Positions 20,266 through 29,381 of a DNA stretch of 64,000 nucleotides are shown in pieces. The DNA is taken from positions 2,368,001 to 2,432,000 of the forward strand of contig CBDHHL010000032.1 in the NCBI GenBank assembly GCA_965263355.1, written 5' to 3'. Within the stretch, counting starts at the first letter, position 1; the number at the start of each line of letters is the position of its first letter. The DNA is from Leptolyngbyaceae cyanobacterium (lineage in GTDB: Bacteria > Cyanobacteriota > Cyanobacteriia > Phormidesmidales > Phormidesmidaceae). The notes under the pieces were generated by a model. That model searched no databases. It saw only the letters and a program-made list of their open reading frames with translations, and was not told where the DNA came from. The position numbers and the translations under genes are program-made.

Positions 20266-20704
20266 GGCATAACTTAAACCCTGACATTTTCTCAAAGCAA
20301 GTCTAGAGGTCTTGGCGCGAAATATAGTTATTATATTGTTGCCTATTCATAACAGAATTAAGTAACACTTTTATGGACTTTAGGATATATTGTTGTCATT
20401 AACGATTCACACAGCCTATGCCTAGCATAGGCTTTTTATTTGCTTATACTTGTTTTGTGTCATTGTCTCTATGCAACAAATCAAAGTTGTCATTATCAGT
20501 CTGTCAGCTATTGCCATATTTTATGCCTAATCAGTTTCACAAGGAGAAATGGTTTTGCAACGTCATCGATCAGGTTCTCTTTATATGAAATACTAAAATA
20601 CGAGAATGATAATCATTCTCATTTTGTGCCAGCATATACATACTCATCCCTTCTGCTTTCCTATAATACTTTTCATAAATCACCATTCTTGGGAGAAATT
20701 CGAT

Positions 20705-21748
20705 ATGGGTAGTACAGGAAGTGTTAGTTCATGGTCGGAGTCTCTTCTGGTTGCCATGATCCAGTATCCGGTTCCAGTTATCACTGGTCCAGAAGATATT
20801 CAGACTCAGGTCAAACAGATTTGTAAAGCTGTTGACAACACTAAAGCAGGTTATCCCGGTCTGGATCTGATTGTGATGCCGGAGTACTCTACTCAAGGGC
20901 TCAATACGAAAATCTGGACATATGACGAAATGCTTTTGACAGTAGATAGTCCAGAGATTGATCAGTTCCGGGCAGCTTGTGAGCGTAACAAAATCTGGGG
21001 AGTCTTTTCTCTTATGGAGAAAAACGATGTACCTGGACTGCCACCCTTTAACACTGCGATTATCATCAATGATCAAGGAGAAATTGCCCTTCACTATCGC
21101 AAATTGCAGCCTTGGGTGCCGATTGAACCTTGGTATCCAGGAAATTATGGGATGCCCGTATGTGATGGACCTAAGGGTTCTAAACTAGCGGTTTGTATTT
21201 GTCATGATGGGATGTTCCCTGAATTAGCGCGAGAAGCGGCCTATAAAGGGTGTAATGTTTATATTCGCATCTCTGGATACTCCACTCAGGTCAACGATCA
21301 GTGGATCTTGACAAATCAAACAAATGCTTGGCAGAACTTGATGTACACCATCTCCGTCAACTTGGCGGGCTATGACGGTGTGTTCTACTACTTTGGTGAA
21401 GGCACTGTGTGCAACTACGATGGCAATGTGATTCAGCAGGGCCATCGTAATCCTTGGGAAATTGTGACAGCTGAATTGTTCCCTAAAATGGTGGATGAAG
21501 CCCGTAAAAACTGGGCTCTTGAAAACAATGTCTTCAATGTTGGTTGCCGAGGCTATGTAGGTAAACCTGGTGGAGAGCGTGAAAATTACCTGACTTGGGT
21601 GAAGGACTTGGCTGAAGGAAAGTACGAGTTGCCCTGGGATAAGGACATCAAGATTAGAGACGGTTGGGAATACTATCCTGATGGAATCAAGCTAGGGCCT
21701 CTGCCAACAGAAGAATCTGCAAAGACCTTGGTGGGCGCTAGTTCCTAA
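20705..21748 (+). CDS. amiF: Formamidase (nitrilase superfamily)
   Basis: MGSTGS start, [38 protein letters not shown] at 20705. Confidence 0.93.
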   Translation: MGSTGSVSSWSESLLVAMIQYPVPVITGPEDIQTQVKQICKAVDNTKAGYPGLDLIVMPEYSTQGLNTKIWTYDEMLLTVDSPEIDQFRAACERNKIWGVFSLMEKNDVPGLPPFNTAIIINDQGEIALHYRKLQPWVPIEPWYPGNYGMPVCDGPKGSKLAVCICHDGMFPELAREAAYKGCNVYIRISGYSTQVNDQWILTNQTNAWQNLMYTISVNLAGYDGVFYYFGEGTVCNYDGNVIQQGHRNPWEIVTAELFPKMVDEARKNWALENNVFNVGCRGYVGKPGGERENYLTWVKDLAEGKYELPWDKDIKIRDGWEYYPDGIKLGPLPTEESAKTLVGASS

Positions 21749-21777
21749 ATCTGTTACTTCACTTACTCTTGAGCGGA

Positions 21778-21808
21778 TCCCCCACAGGCTCAGTTTGTGG
21801 GGGAATTT
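21778..21808 (+). terminator. Hairpin/terminator after amiF
   Basis: TCCCCCACA/TGTGGGGGA stem. Confidence 0.6.
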
Positions 21809-22102
21809 AATTAAGTTCCCCTATTGTATTAACAAATACACTGAGCGTACCTATAACACCTATCAAGAAATCAGAACTAGTTACAATCATTCAGCCTGTT
21901 GCTTAGAAAGTCTAGTGTAAGTCATCAAAAATTTGATGGCTTTTCAACGTATTTCTTTGCTAAGACCTATACTTATTCTGGACCTGCTAACTTTTGTCGG
22001 CTCAGTTTTTTGTTTTCTGCCCTTAAGCTATATCCACATCAAGGTCTATCGCTGAAGTCTCAGTTGTCTTCTCACCATATATGGCGTCTAAATTAGTTTA
22101 TT

Positions 22103-22111
22103 TGCTAGATT
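22103..22111 (+). promoter_or_regulatory. Extended -10 promoter element
   Basis: TG-c-TAGATT placed so transcription would start at ~22117-22118, the first bases of the closing stem below. Confidence 0.5.
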
Positions 22112-22116
22112 AGAGC

Positions 22117-22204
22117 AGCCACTTGTGGGACTTCAGTGTGACTTCCGACTTCCATCTGTAAAATGGCACTAGCTAGTTGCGCTTCCTTTCCCCAAGTGGC
22201 TTTT
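22117..22204 (+). ncRNA. Candidate structured small RNA (Y-RNA-like topology) upstream of the vWA gene
   Basis: 5' AGCCACTTG-(T bulge)-GGGA pairs with 3' TCCC-CAAGTGGCT, then TTT; inner AGTG/CACT and CCAT-CTGTAAA-ATGG hairpin. Confidence 0.55.
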
Positions 22205-22228
22205 GGGTAAATAGGTATAGTTACAATT

Positions 22229-23683
22229 GTGACAGTTGATTGGGCAAAGCGACTTGAACAGGTTGCTCAAGAAGATTTAGTAATGTTTATCAATGCTTGT
22301 CTGACTTGCACTGGACAGCGAGAATTTTATGACGATGCCTATGGTCAGAAAGTTTCCCTTGATTTTCTCCATGACTATATCTTAGGGAACTATCGTCTTT
22401 TATATTGTAGAACCTTGGCGGCAGGCATTAACCATTTCAACCAGATGCAGATCGTTTTGAAGCTATTGGCAACGGGAAAGCAAACCCAGGCTCATCACCG
22501 TGCCGAAGAGAATCAATTAATTACTGCCACGCTGCACAATTTACCCTCCCAGCGTGCATGGAAGTTGCTGCAACAAATTCGAGAACGCGGAATTAACAAT
22601 CGCCGAGCACGAGCAATTGCCAAACAATATTTCACTACCCGAGGGGATCTTCTAGCATTTCATGCTGTAAAATATCGTTCCAAGCTACGGGCAATTGCTA
22701 CCCATAACCATCTTAACCTTAATCAGCTCAGTGCTGACGTAGGTCATGAACTAGGGGATTTTTTATTTCGCCATTGGCCAAAACAGTTCCAAACCCCCTT
22801 ATTTGAAAAGTTTCGTAAAGGGTTTTACAGTGCTAGTAACATTTATGAATTGCCTTTTACCGTTGCTGAAGGATTAGCCGTTAAACACAATATTCCACGC
22901 GGACGCTTTCTTCAGACTATTGAAGGTCAAATGACCGCAGGTGAGAAACTGCGCCTTCAAAATAGTGCCAGACAGGCTAAGACTCAACTCGATCTAGATC
23001 CGCAAAAACTCTCTCTCACGAAGTTAGCACTCTATGCTCTAGCCCTCGATATCCAGACCCGTAAGCAACATCAGGATGAGTTAGAAAGACTCTTGCAAGC
23101 CAGTGCTCGTAAAGCCTTACGGAAAGCCCCACTGCGATTAGGAAGAGTAGCAGCCGTGCTAGATCGCAGTTATTCTAGCTCCGGCTCGTCTGAAAAACGA
23201 CGACGACCGTTGGGCATTGCATTGGCTGTGCATTATCTTTTGCAAGCAGCGTCACGGAACTATCGGCCATTTTGGACAATAGCAGCTCCTGAGCCCCTGT
23301 TAGTCACACCCTATGGACAAACCAATTTGGTAGATCCTATGTTGGCAGCCCTTGACTGGCAACCAGAGTTGATTTTAATTATTTCAGATGGTTGGGAAAA
23401 CGATCCGCCGGGGGGCGTAGCTGAACTTTTGCGGATCTATCGGACTAAATTAGATCCACAGCGACAAATTTCCATTGTCCACTGTAATCCTGTTTTTAAC
23501 GCCGATGATTTTACCCTTAAACATTTGAGTTCCCTGGTACCAACGGTTGGTTTACGTGAAGCAGAAGAGTTGCCAGTGGTGTTAGAGTTTGCCCGATTTG
23601 CAGAAGGTACTGCTTCCTTGAGTGAGCTGGAAACATATTTAGCAGGTCGAGTCCAGGCTCTTTTAGCGTCGGCCCATTTGTAG
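22229..23683 (+). CDS. Helical N-terminal domain + C-terminal vWA protein (Ro60/TROVE-like layout)
   Basis: MIDAS motif VLDRSYSS...GQTNL...IISDGWEN; basic helical N-terminal ~300 aa. Confidence 0.7.
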   Translation: MTVDWAKRLEQVAQEDLVMFINACLTCTGQREFYDDAYGQKVSLDFLHDYILGNYRLLYCRTLAAGINHFNQMQIVLKLLATGKQTQAHHRAEENQLITATLHNLPSQRAWKLLQQIRERGINNRRARAIAKQYFTTRGDLLAFHAVKYRSKLRAIATHNHLNLNQLSADVGHELGDFLFRHWPKQFQTPLFEKFRKGFYSASNIYELPFTVAEGLAVKHNIPRGRFLQTIEGQMTAGEKLRLQNSARQAKTQLDLDPQKLSLTKLALYALALDIQTRKQHQDELERLLQASARKALRKAPLRLGRVAAVLDRSYSSSGSSEKRRRPLGIALAVHYLLQAASRNYRPFWTIAAPEPLLVTPYGQTNLVDPMLAALDWQPELILIISDGWENDPPGGVAELLRIYRTKLDPQRQISIVHCNPVFNADDFTLKHLSSLVPTVGLREAEELPVVLEFARFAEGTASLSELETYLAGRVQALLASAHL

Positions 23684-23696
23684 GAGTATAGTTCTA

Positions 23697-24857
23697 ATGG
23701 CTCGGAAAGCTCCACTTCTGGAAGAAATCTCCCTTAAAGGTCTAGAAATTGCCCCGTCTCAGATTTGGGGAAACATTCGTCTGGTTCCCCTATTGCGCCA
23801 ACGGGTGCGGTCAGATTTACGTTTGTTCAAACGTGACTACCAGAGCGACATGACAATGGTCTCCATTGATAAAGATACTCGCTATTTCTCCTGTATTCCC
23901 CACGGCTTGGTCTTGCATTGGAGTGAGGATGGCCAGCCGGTAGTCGCCACAGGAGGACAGCTACTCACTGAAGGCAAGGTAAATAATATAGCCTCCTTTA
24001 AGGTACAAATGTTACAGCGCATGGTGAAACGCGAAACCAAACAATCACTCAGGCTTTTACCGCTCCATTTAGCCATGGAGGGATTTCTGAGTCTATTTTT
24101 TGGCGGGCCAACGGTGGCATGGCAGAGTTATTCAAAACAAGCCTTATCCAGCGGACTGTCGCCTCGGGTTGAATGGTCTATAGGTGGACGAGCCATCGCC
24201 CAATTTGACAATGCCTTACGACTGTTTGAAATCCATGATCGGCAGGTTGGCGTTTTATTGTTTGTGTCTGAAATGTTAGTTTCTGCGTTTGTAGTCCCCA
24301 CACCAGAGGATTACCGAGCCCTTCATCTTAGTTTGCTGGAAGACTTTTATGGTGAAACCTTTCTTTATTACGGGCTTTATGGTGGCACCAGTGTATTAAA
24401 TGTTGAGATTGATGCGGCACAGGTGCATACGCTTAATGACCTCAGGGTAGCACTTACCCAGGTGCGGGCAGATTGGGCTGCATTTCAGGGATTTATGGCC
24501 AGTAATCTGCTCAATGTGCCACTGCAATCGAAACGAATTTATCGAGCCGGGCCGTTTAGCTTACAGCGCTTTATGACAGCTCTGGATCCCAAGCAGCAGA
24601 ACTACATTGGCGAAGCAATTCTGGATAATGATAACCAGCTTCAATACCTCAAGATTTATGGCCTTTCAGCAGCTCAAACAAAACGAGCTTATTTACTTAA
24701 ACAAATGGCTATCCATGATTGGAATCTGGAACGTACGGCTCAATCACAGAATGACACCCTAGCTCAGTTTATTTATCGACTTGAAAAAGTAGGCTTTGGT
24801 TACTTAGTCAACAATCAGTTGCGGGAACAAGCCGCCAAAGAACGTCGTCTGACTTGA
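23697..24857 (+). CDS. ARPP-2-like protein with possible C-terminal Fis-type HTH
   Basis: GLEIAPSQIWGNIRLVPLLR N-terminus recalls proteins annotated ARPP-2 (from memory); 13 nt after the vWA gene with AGGAG RBS. Confidence 0.6.
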   Translation: MARKAPLLEEISLKGLEIAPSQIWGNIRLVPLLRQRVRSDLRLFKRDYQSDMTMVSIDKDTRYFSCIPHGLVLHWSEDGQPVVATGGQLLTEGKVNNIASFKVQMLQRMVKRETKQSLRLLPLHLAMEGFLSLFFGGPTVAWQSYSKQALSSGLSPRVEWSIGGRAIAQFDNALRLFEIHDRQVGVLLFVSEMLVSAFVVPTPEDYRALHLSLLEDFYGETFLYYGLYGGTSVLNVEIDAAQVHTLNDLRVALTQVRADWAAFQGFMASNLLNVPLQSKRIYRAGPFSLQRFMTALDPKQQNYIGEAILDNDNQLQYLKIYGLSAAQTKRAYLLKQMAIHDWNLERTAQSQNDTLAQFIYRLEKVGFGYLVNNQLREQAAKERRLT

Positions 24858-24933
24858 GTTAGACAGATGCACTGCGCAGACTATATGACAGAATTAGGCT
24901 TGAGCTTTCTGAGGAGAATAGTGGTGTAGTCAG

Positions 24934-26088
24934 TTAACTTGCTCCTAGGGTTCCAACTGAACTATTTTGACTCAAAAGAACCGCCAATTCTGTTCGCTGT
25001 TGGCTTAACTGGGTATCCATTTGGGCCAGCATGTTATGTTGAATAACTTGTATTTGACGGAAATGGGCTAAATCAATCAGTTCCTGGAGCAAGTTATAGG
25101 ATTTTTCATCGAATTCATCACCAACGTTAGTAATGTAGTTAGCAAGAACATTTTGGGCAATTTGACGTAGCTGGTCCAGCTCCTGGGTGTACTGGTCGTA
25201 GAGGACTTCGAGCTGGGGGTTGTCTATGACGGGCTTGCTATATTCGAGGGCGATTGCCTCTTTGAGATTGTTGAGTTTCAGGCGATTGATCTGGTAAGTT
25301 GTATCCGTATCTAGTAGGTTCGCAACTTGTTCGACATCGTCGGGATGGATGTCTAAATAGGTAGTCAAATGGGCTACCCGCTGATTTAATTGCTTGGAGT
25401 TCTCCTCTAATTCTGCCTGACGATTGGCTAAATCAGCACTACGATGAGCCAAAATAGCTTGATGTGTGCGCAGCTGATGTACTTGCGCTGTTTGAAACTG
25501 CTCCCCTTTAAGGGCTTGGTCTACTCGTGAGCTATGGTCTACCCGTGAGCTAAAGGATGCCGTTGTTTGAGACGCAGCAATTGGGGGAGTCACAACGGTG
25601 GTGACAGATTCCGATTTTTCAGACTGCACTACTGTCTTGTCTGATGTCAAACTATCTGACTGATGCCATAACCCCGTTTTCACATGTTGCATCAGAGCGC
25701 CCGCAGAACATACTGCCGTTGCCCCGATCACAAGGGTAGTGTAGTAATAGTGGGATAGGTTGGAGGACGGTTCCGAGATGGTTAGATTATCCGTCCAGTA
25801 AACAGAGCGAGATTTACCAAGTTTTCTACGTTGGTTCTTCTCTTTGTATTGAATGTTGGGATACTGAATGTTGGAAGAAGGGATTACACCATCCAACATT
25901 AGCCTCTGCAGGAGTGGGGTTTGGTCAGCCGGTTTGCACAGAGAAGACATAAGCTGATGAAAATAGGAACTGCCTCGTTGTAATAGATTTACAGGCTTTT
26001 CAGGGCAGTATCCGGAAAAATCTGAAAAGGTAGCAAGAAATAGAATAGGTTGTTTGAAGTACGGGCTTTTCTCCGTATAATTTAACAC
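24934..26088 (-). CDS. Hypothetical single-TM coiled-coil protein
   Basis: Long ORF, hydrophobic LVIGATAVCSAGAL segment, Q/E/L-rich heptads; true start probably downstream of the ORF start. Confidence 0.55.
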   Translation of the reverse strand: MLNYTEKSPYFKQPILFLATFSDFSGYCPEKPVNLLQRGSSYFHQLMSSLCKPADQTPLLQRLMLDGVIPSSNIQYPNIQYKEKNQRRKLGKSRSVYWTDNLTISEPSSNLSHYYYTTLVIGATAVCSAGALMQHVKTGLWHQSDSLTSDKTVVQSEKSESVTTVVTPPIAASQTTASFSSRVDHSSRVDQALKGEQFQTAQVHQLRTHQAILAHRSADLANRQAELEENSKQLNQRVAHLTTYLDIHPDDVEQVANLLDTDTTYQINRLKLNNLKEAIALEYSKPVIDNPQLEVLYDQYTQELDQLRQIAQNVLANYITNVGDEFDEKSYNLLQELIDLAHFRQIQVIQHNMLAQMDTQLSQQRTELAVLLSQNSSVGTLGAS

Positions 26089-26155
26089 TCGCAGAGGATG
26101 CAGATGTCTGGGTAGTAGCGCTCAGCCAGAAGCGAGGTATCGGGGACGAAGACCA

Positions 26156-26746
26156 TTACCATCCACCAACATAGAGAGATTTGACGGTTCCTGGATTATA
26201 TCTTTGTCGAATCTCTCCAAATTTGACTTCATCGATAACGTCTATGTTGCCACCATCGTTCACGGTGTAAACCCCGGTTTTATAACATTCAGCAATTGCC
26301 AACATCATGTTAGTCAAGCTTACAAACGCCAGACTGACAGAATAGTCATCGCTTATGTGGAAAATAGGTGCCGTGGCTATTGGTTCTTCAGTGCCTTGGA
26401 CGGCAAAGTATTCACCCTCAAAGTCGAACAATGGAAATAAATATGACGGTTCTTCATCCTGTTGTCGTATTTTCAGTAAGGCATCATCATTGATATTGTC
26501 TGAAAACTCACAGGCGCTGTTTAGGTCGAGAAACGATAAATATCCAAACACTGAACTGTATGTCTTATCGCCATTACGCCATTGATATAGTTCATAGACT
26601 TCTTGAGATACTTGAAAAGGCAGTCTATTTAGCTTTTCTGCGATGACGTCGGCAGGTAAACCGGGTTGAAAACCAGCGGCAGCTGTTGGTTGGTGTTCAC
26701 CTAACCAATTGAGAATACGGTCAAGAGCATTGATTAGTTCTGTCAT
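26156..26746 (-). CDS. SMI1/KNR4 (SUKH) family protein
   Basis: [33 protein letters not shown] at 26746. Confidence 0.8.
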   Translation of the reverse strand: MTELINALDRILNWLGEHQPTAAAGFQPGLPADVIAEKLNRLPFQVSQEVYELYQWRNGDKTYSSVFGYLSFLDLNSACEFSDNINDDALLKIRQQDEEPSYLFPLFDFEGEYFAVQGTEEPIATAPIFHISDDYSVSLAFVSLTNMMLAIAECYKTGVYTVNDGGNIDVIDEVKFGEIRQRYNPGTVKSLYVGGW

Positions 26747-26927
26747 GCAACGTGTATAGTGCAACAACTCGGATAAAATAAGGAGAGTAATGGATACAAA
26801 GTGAACTACTATCTAGGGTATCACTAACAAACATAATATCCAGCGGTGTGTTTGAAATGCTTGGCCGGGGCTGAATCGATGACGAAAAATGTTTTAAGAT
26901 TTGTTGTACCGACTGTGATTTGTAAGT

Positions 26928-27461
26928 GCCAGAACCAGTGGGACATTCCACCTGATATTCGTCACCGAGATAATGGTGGAACTTTTGCAAAGATTCCACC
27001 AGCAGATAGTTGACTGGGAACCAGATAGGGCCACGCCAATTTGAGTTGCCACCAAAGAGCCCGGTACTTGATTCTGCGGGTTCATAATCCACTCGATGTT
27101 CACCGCCATCGGTATAGAACACATAGGGGTGCTCGTGATGATAGCGAGAGAGGGCACGAATCCCATTGGGAGCTAAGAATTCAGTTTCATCCAGCATTTT
27201 TTCAAGAATGCGCTTGAGCTTATCGGGACGAACAATTGCAAGTAGTCGCCGCTTACCCATACCATTCTCTACAAATGAAGGTACATTCTGGCTCAGATTA
27301 GGGCGATTAGTTTCGAACCATTCCAGACGTTCTTTAAAGCCCGGAAGTTTGTCGAGCAATTCGGGTTCTAACGTTTCGGTCGCAAACAGGGGAATCAGCC
27401 CGACCATGGATCGTACTTTTAGCTTCAAGCGTTCGTCATTGGGCAGATGCAGTACATCGTA
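26928..27461 (-). pseudogene. Internal fragment of a GH63/MGH1-like glucosidase
   Basis: [47 protein letters not shown], ends at ECPTGSG. Confidence 0.85.
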
Positions 27462-27970
27462 TTTTTAAGCTGATTGGCGGGCTCCACATTATTGGCAGTG
27501 TAGTCAAAAACAACCTGTCCATCACTGTTGTAAGAAATCCCGTTTTCGAGACGGGGTAAATCTTCACTTTGCAGCCAAAAATCTAGGGAATGGGAGGCCA
27601 TTTCTGCATGGGTCTTGCCGGCAAGGGGTTCTGGGGACTCTAGTTTCATCATGTCCTCATTGAGCTTACCCAACATTTGAATCAGACCCATGGGATACTT
27701 AAAGGCGTCATCTCCCCAATAGTAATCGGCCAGGGCAAGCGTCTTTTCAAAGGTGGCATCATTGGGGGTTTTGCTAATGGCAATCAAGGTGGCATTGTTG
27801 TGGCCCATAAAGTTGCGCCCCACCAATCCGGTAGAATTTGCTAGGCCATTGGGGTGTTTTTCTTGTTGCGATCGCAAAAACAACAGTGCTGATCCCAGCG
27901 CCCCAGCGGCCACCACCACATAGTTAGCCCGATATTTCACGGTCTCTCCAGTGTCTGTTTTGACAATCAC
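27462..27970 (-). pseudogene. Internal fragment of a GMC oxidoreductase
   Basis: VVVAAGALGSALLFLRS..HPNGLANSTGLVGRNFMGHN, SEDLP; lacks the FAD-binding N-terminus and the C-terminus. Confidence 0.85.
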
Positions 27971-28156
27971 GTTAAAGGGTGTGCGCTTGACATCGCTAAT
28001 CAAGTCGCCAAGGGAAGCCACTCCAAACAGTGCCCAGGTTAAAGGCTGATAAGTGGGATTTTCCACCCGTTGGTTATAGCAATAACGGACCAACGCAAAG
28101 AAATCATCGACGGGAAAATTGAGGCTTTGGACGCTATCAATTTCGTCAATAACGAA
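27971..28156 (-). pseudogene. Internal fragment of a cyanobacterial AAA_35-like ATPase
   Basis: Manual translation FVIDEIDSVQSLNFPVDDFFALVRYCYNQR...LFGVASLGDLISDVKRTPFN (Walker B region). Confidence 0.8.
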
Positions 28157-28356
28157 ATCACCGATGATTGGCTCGGGGACACCACTGCTGGCAAGATGGC
28201 TTTATGGCTGTAGGTGACCTGACCATTGCGATGGGTCCGGATTGAACAACACGGACAGCTCACCTCTTGCGAACTATGGTATTCGGTGCCATCTAGCGCG
28301 ACTAGTAGATGCTTGCTGAGCACCTCAAACCCACGCAGATAGTTCTGCTCCTCTAA
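28152..28356 (-). mobile_element. Internal fragment of a DDE transposase (ISNCY-like)
   Basis: LLVALDGTEYHSSQEVSCPCCS..H.NGQVTYSH. Confidence 0.75.
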
Positions 28357-28512
28357 CTACTGAGCACACTTGAAGCCATAACGACTATCTTGCCCAAGGC
28401 AAGACCCATCCGAATGAGTTGACTGTACCCGATAGGGTTACGCTTTGCACGACTCGATTGCTAGCTCCAGGATACTGATTTCTGTTCTTAAGTTGGAATT
28501 TGGAATTGCTGC

Positions 28513-28746
28513 ATAAATATCTAAACCATCGAGTTTGTGAAAGGTGATGCACTGTACCCGCACTCGCTGTAAAGATTCACCCTCAACCGTAACCTCAAAA
28601 AACTGGTCTTGTCCGCCACGTAGTACGCCAGCGTCAGAGACAACAGCCGCAGTAAACGTTGCTTCAGCTGTCGGTGCAATAGCTCCTACGGAGGTAACCA
28701 TTGCGATCGCAACTAGGCTATTCATTAACAAGCGTTTCATTTCCAT
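28513..28746 (-). pseudogene. N-terminal part of a secreted protein (DUF2808-like), apparently truncated
   Basis: Signal peptide ending TAEA, beta-rich start; frame continues into unrelated sequence after ~28513. Confidence 0.45.
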
Positions 28747-29051
28747 CTCCAGCTTTCTTCAATAGTATGAATTGGGGAACAAAACAAAAGGGCTGTCTTA
28801 TTCCTATTCGGATTGCATCTCGGTAATGAGTGTAGATAATCACTCGGCTGCTGTCTGTATGAAAAAATTGTAGGTTGCATCAGACGGAATCGTAGAAGAT
28901 ACGACTTTTTTATACAGACAGCTATTGCATAATTTGCATTAGTTTTGCATCATTATCTTGCATATGCACGTATATGCTGACATAGCTCTGGCACGGGCAG
29001 ACGCTCTGTGCGATCGCCTCTAAAGTATGTCTGCACTGAGCTTTGTAAATA

Positions 29052-29164
29052 AGTACTTATGCAAAATTAATTACAAACTCTTCTCCAAACCCTGCTAGTA
29101 TTTTTTCAACCTCTGCGACCAGAGTTTCCCAATTCTCATATGCAGAGCTATCGAGCCACTGATA
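29052..29164 (-). mobile_element. 3' end of an IS630-family transposase gene with IS right end
   Basis: Manual translation YQWLDSSAYENWETLVAEVEKILAGFGEEFVINFA*; followed by AGTACT end and TA. Confidence 0.7.
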
Positions 29165-29185
29165 TAGGACATCAGCAATGCAAAC

Positions 29186-29287
29186 TTACTTAATAAACAG
29201 CATTTCCTGATAAGTGGGCAATGGCCAAAACTCATCCGAAATTTCACCGTCTAGAGCATCTGCATACTTGCGCACCTCATCCATTAA
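29186..29287 (-). pseudogene. glnN: C-terminal fragment of glutamine synthetase type III
   Basis: Manual translation [33 protein letters not shown], the typical GSIII C-terminus. Confidence 0.8.
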
Positions 29288-29381
29288 CCAGCAAACTACC
29301 GCTAGCAAGAAATGGGTGGTTATAAACGACGACTATCGATATGTTTATCAGGTGTGCGAAACCCTAAGCTAACGCAAACCT

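Noticed and set aside
22145..22175. tRNA-Tyr gene suggested by the CTGTAAA loop
   Set aside because: No D-arm GG, no GTTCRA T-loop and no cloverleaf; kept only as a mimic hypothesis
26721..28323. ORF-track proteins of 235, 222 and 94 aa as real genes
   Set aside because: They are read-through chimeras of unrelated fragments
29050..29192. Complete IS630-derived MITE with TA duplications
   Set aside because: The apparent second TIR matches only 9/12 and overlaps the natural glnN stop codon, so adjacent fragments explain it better
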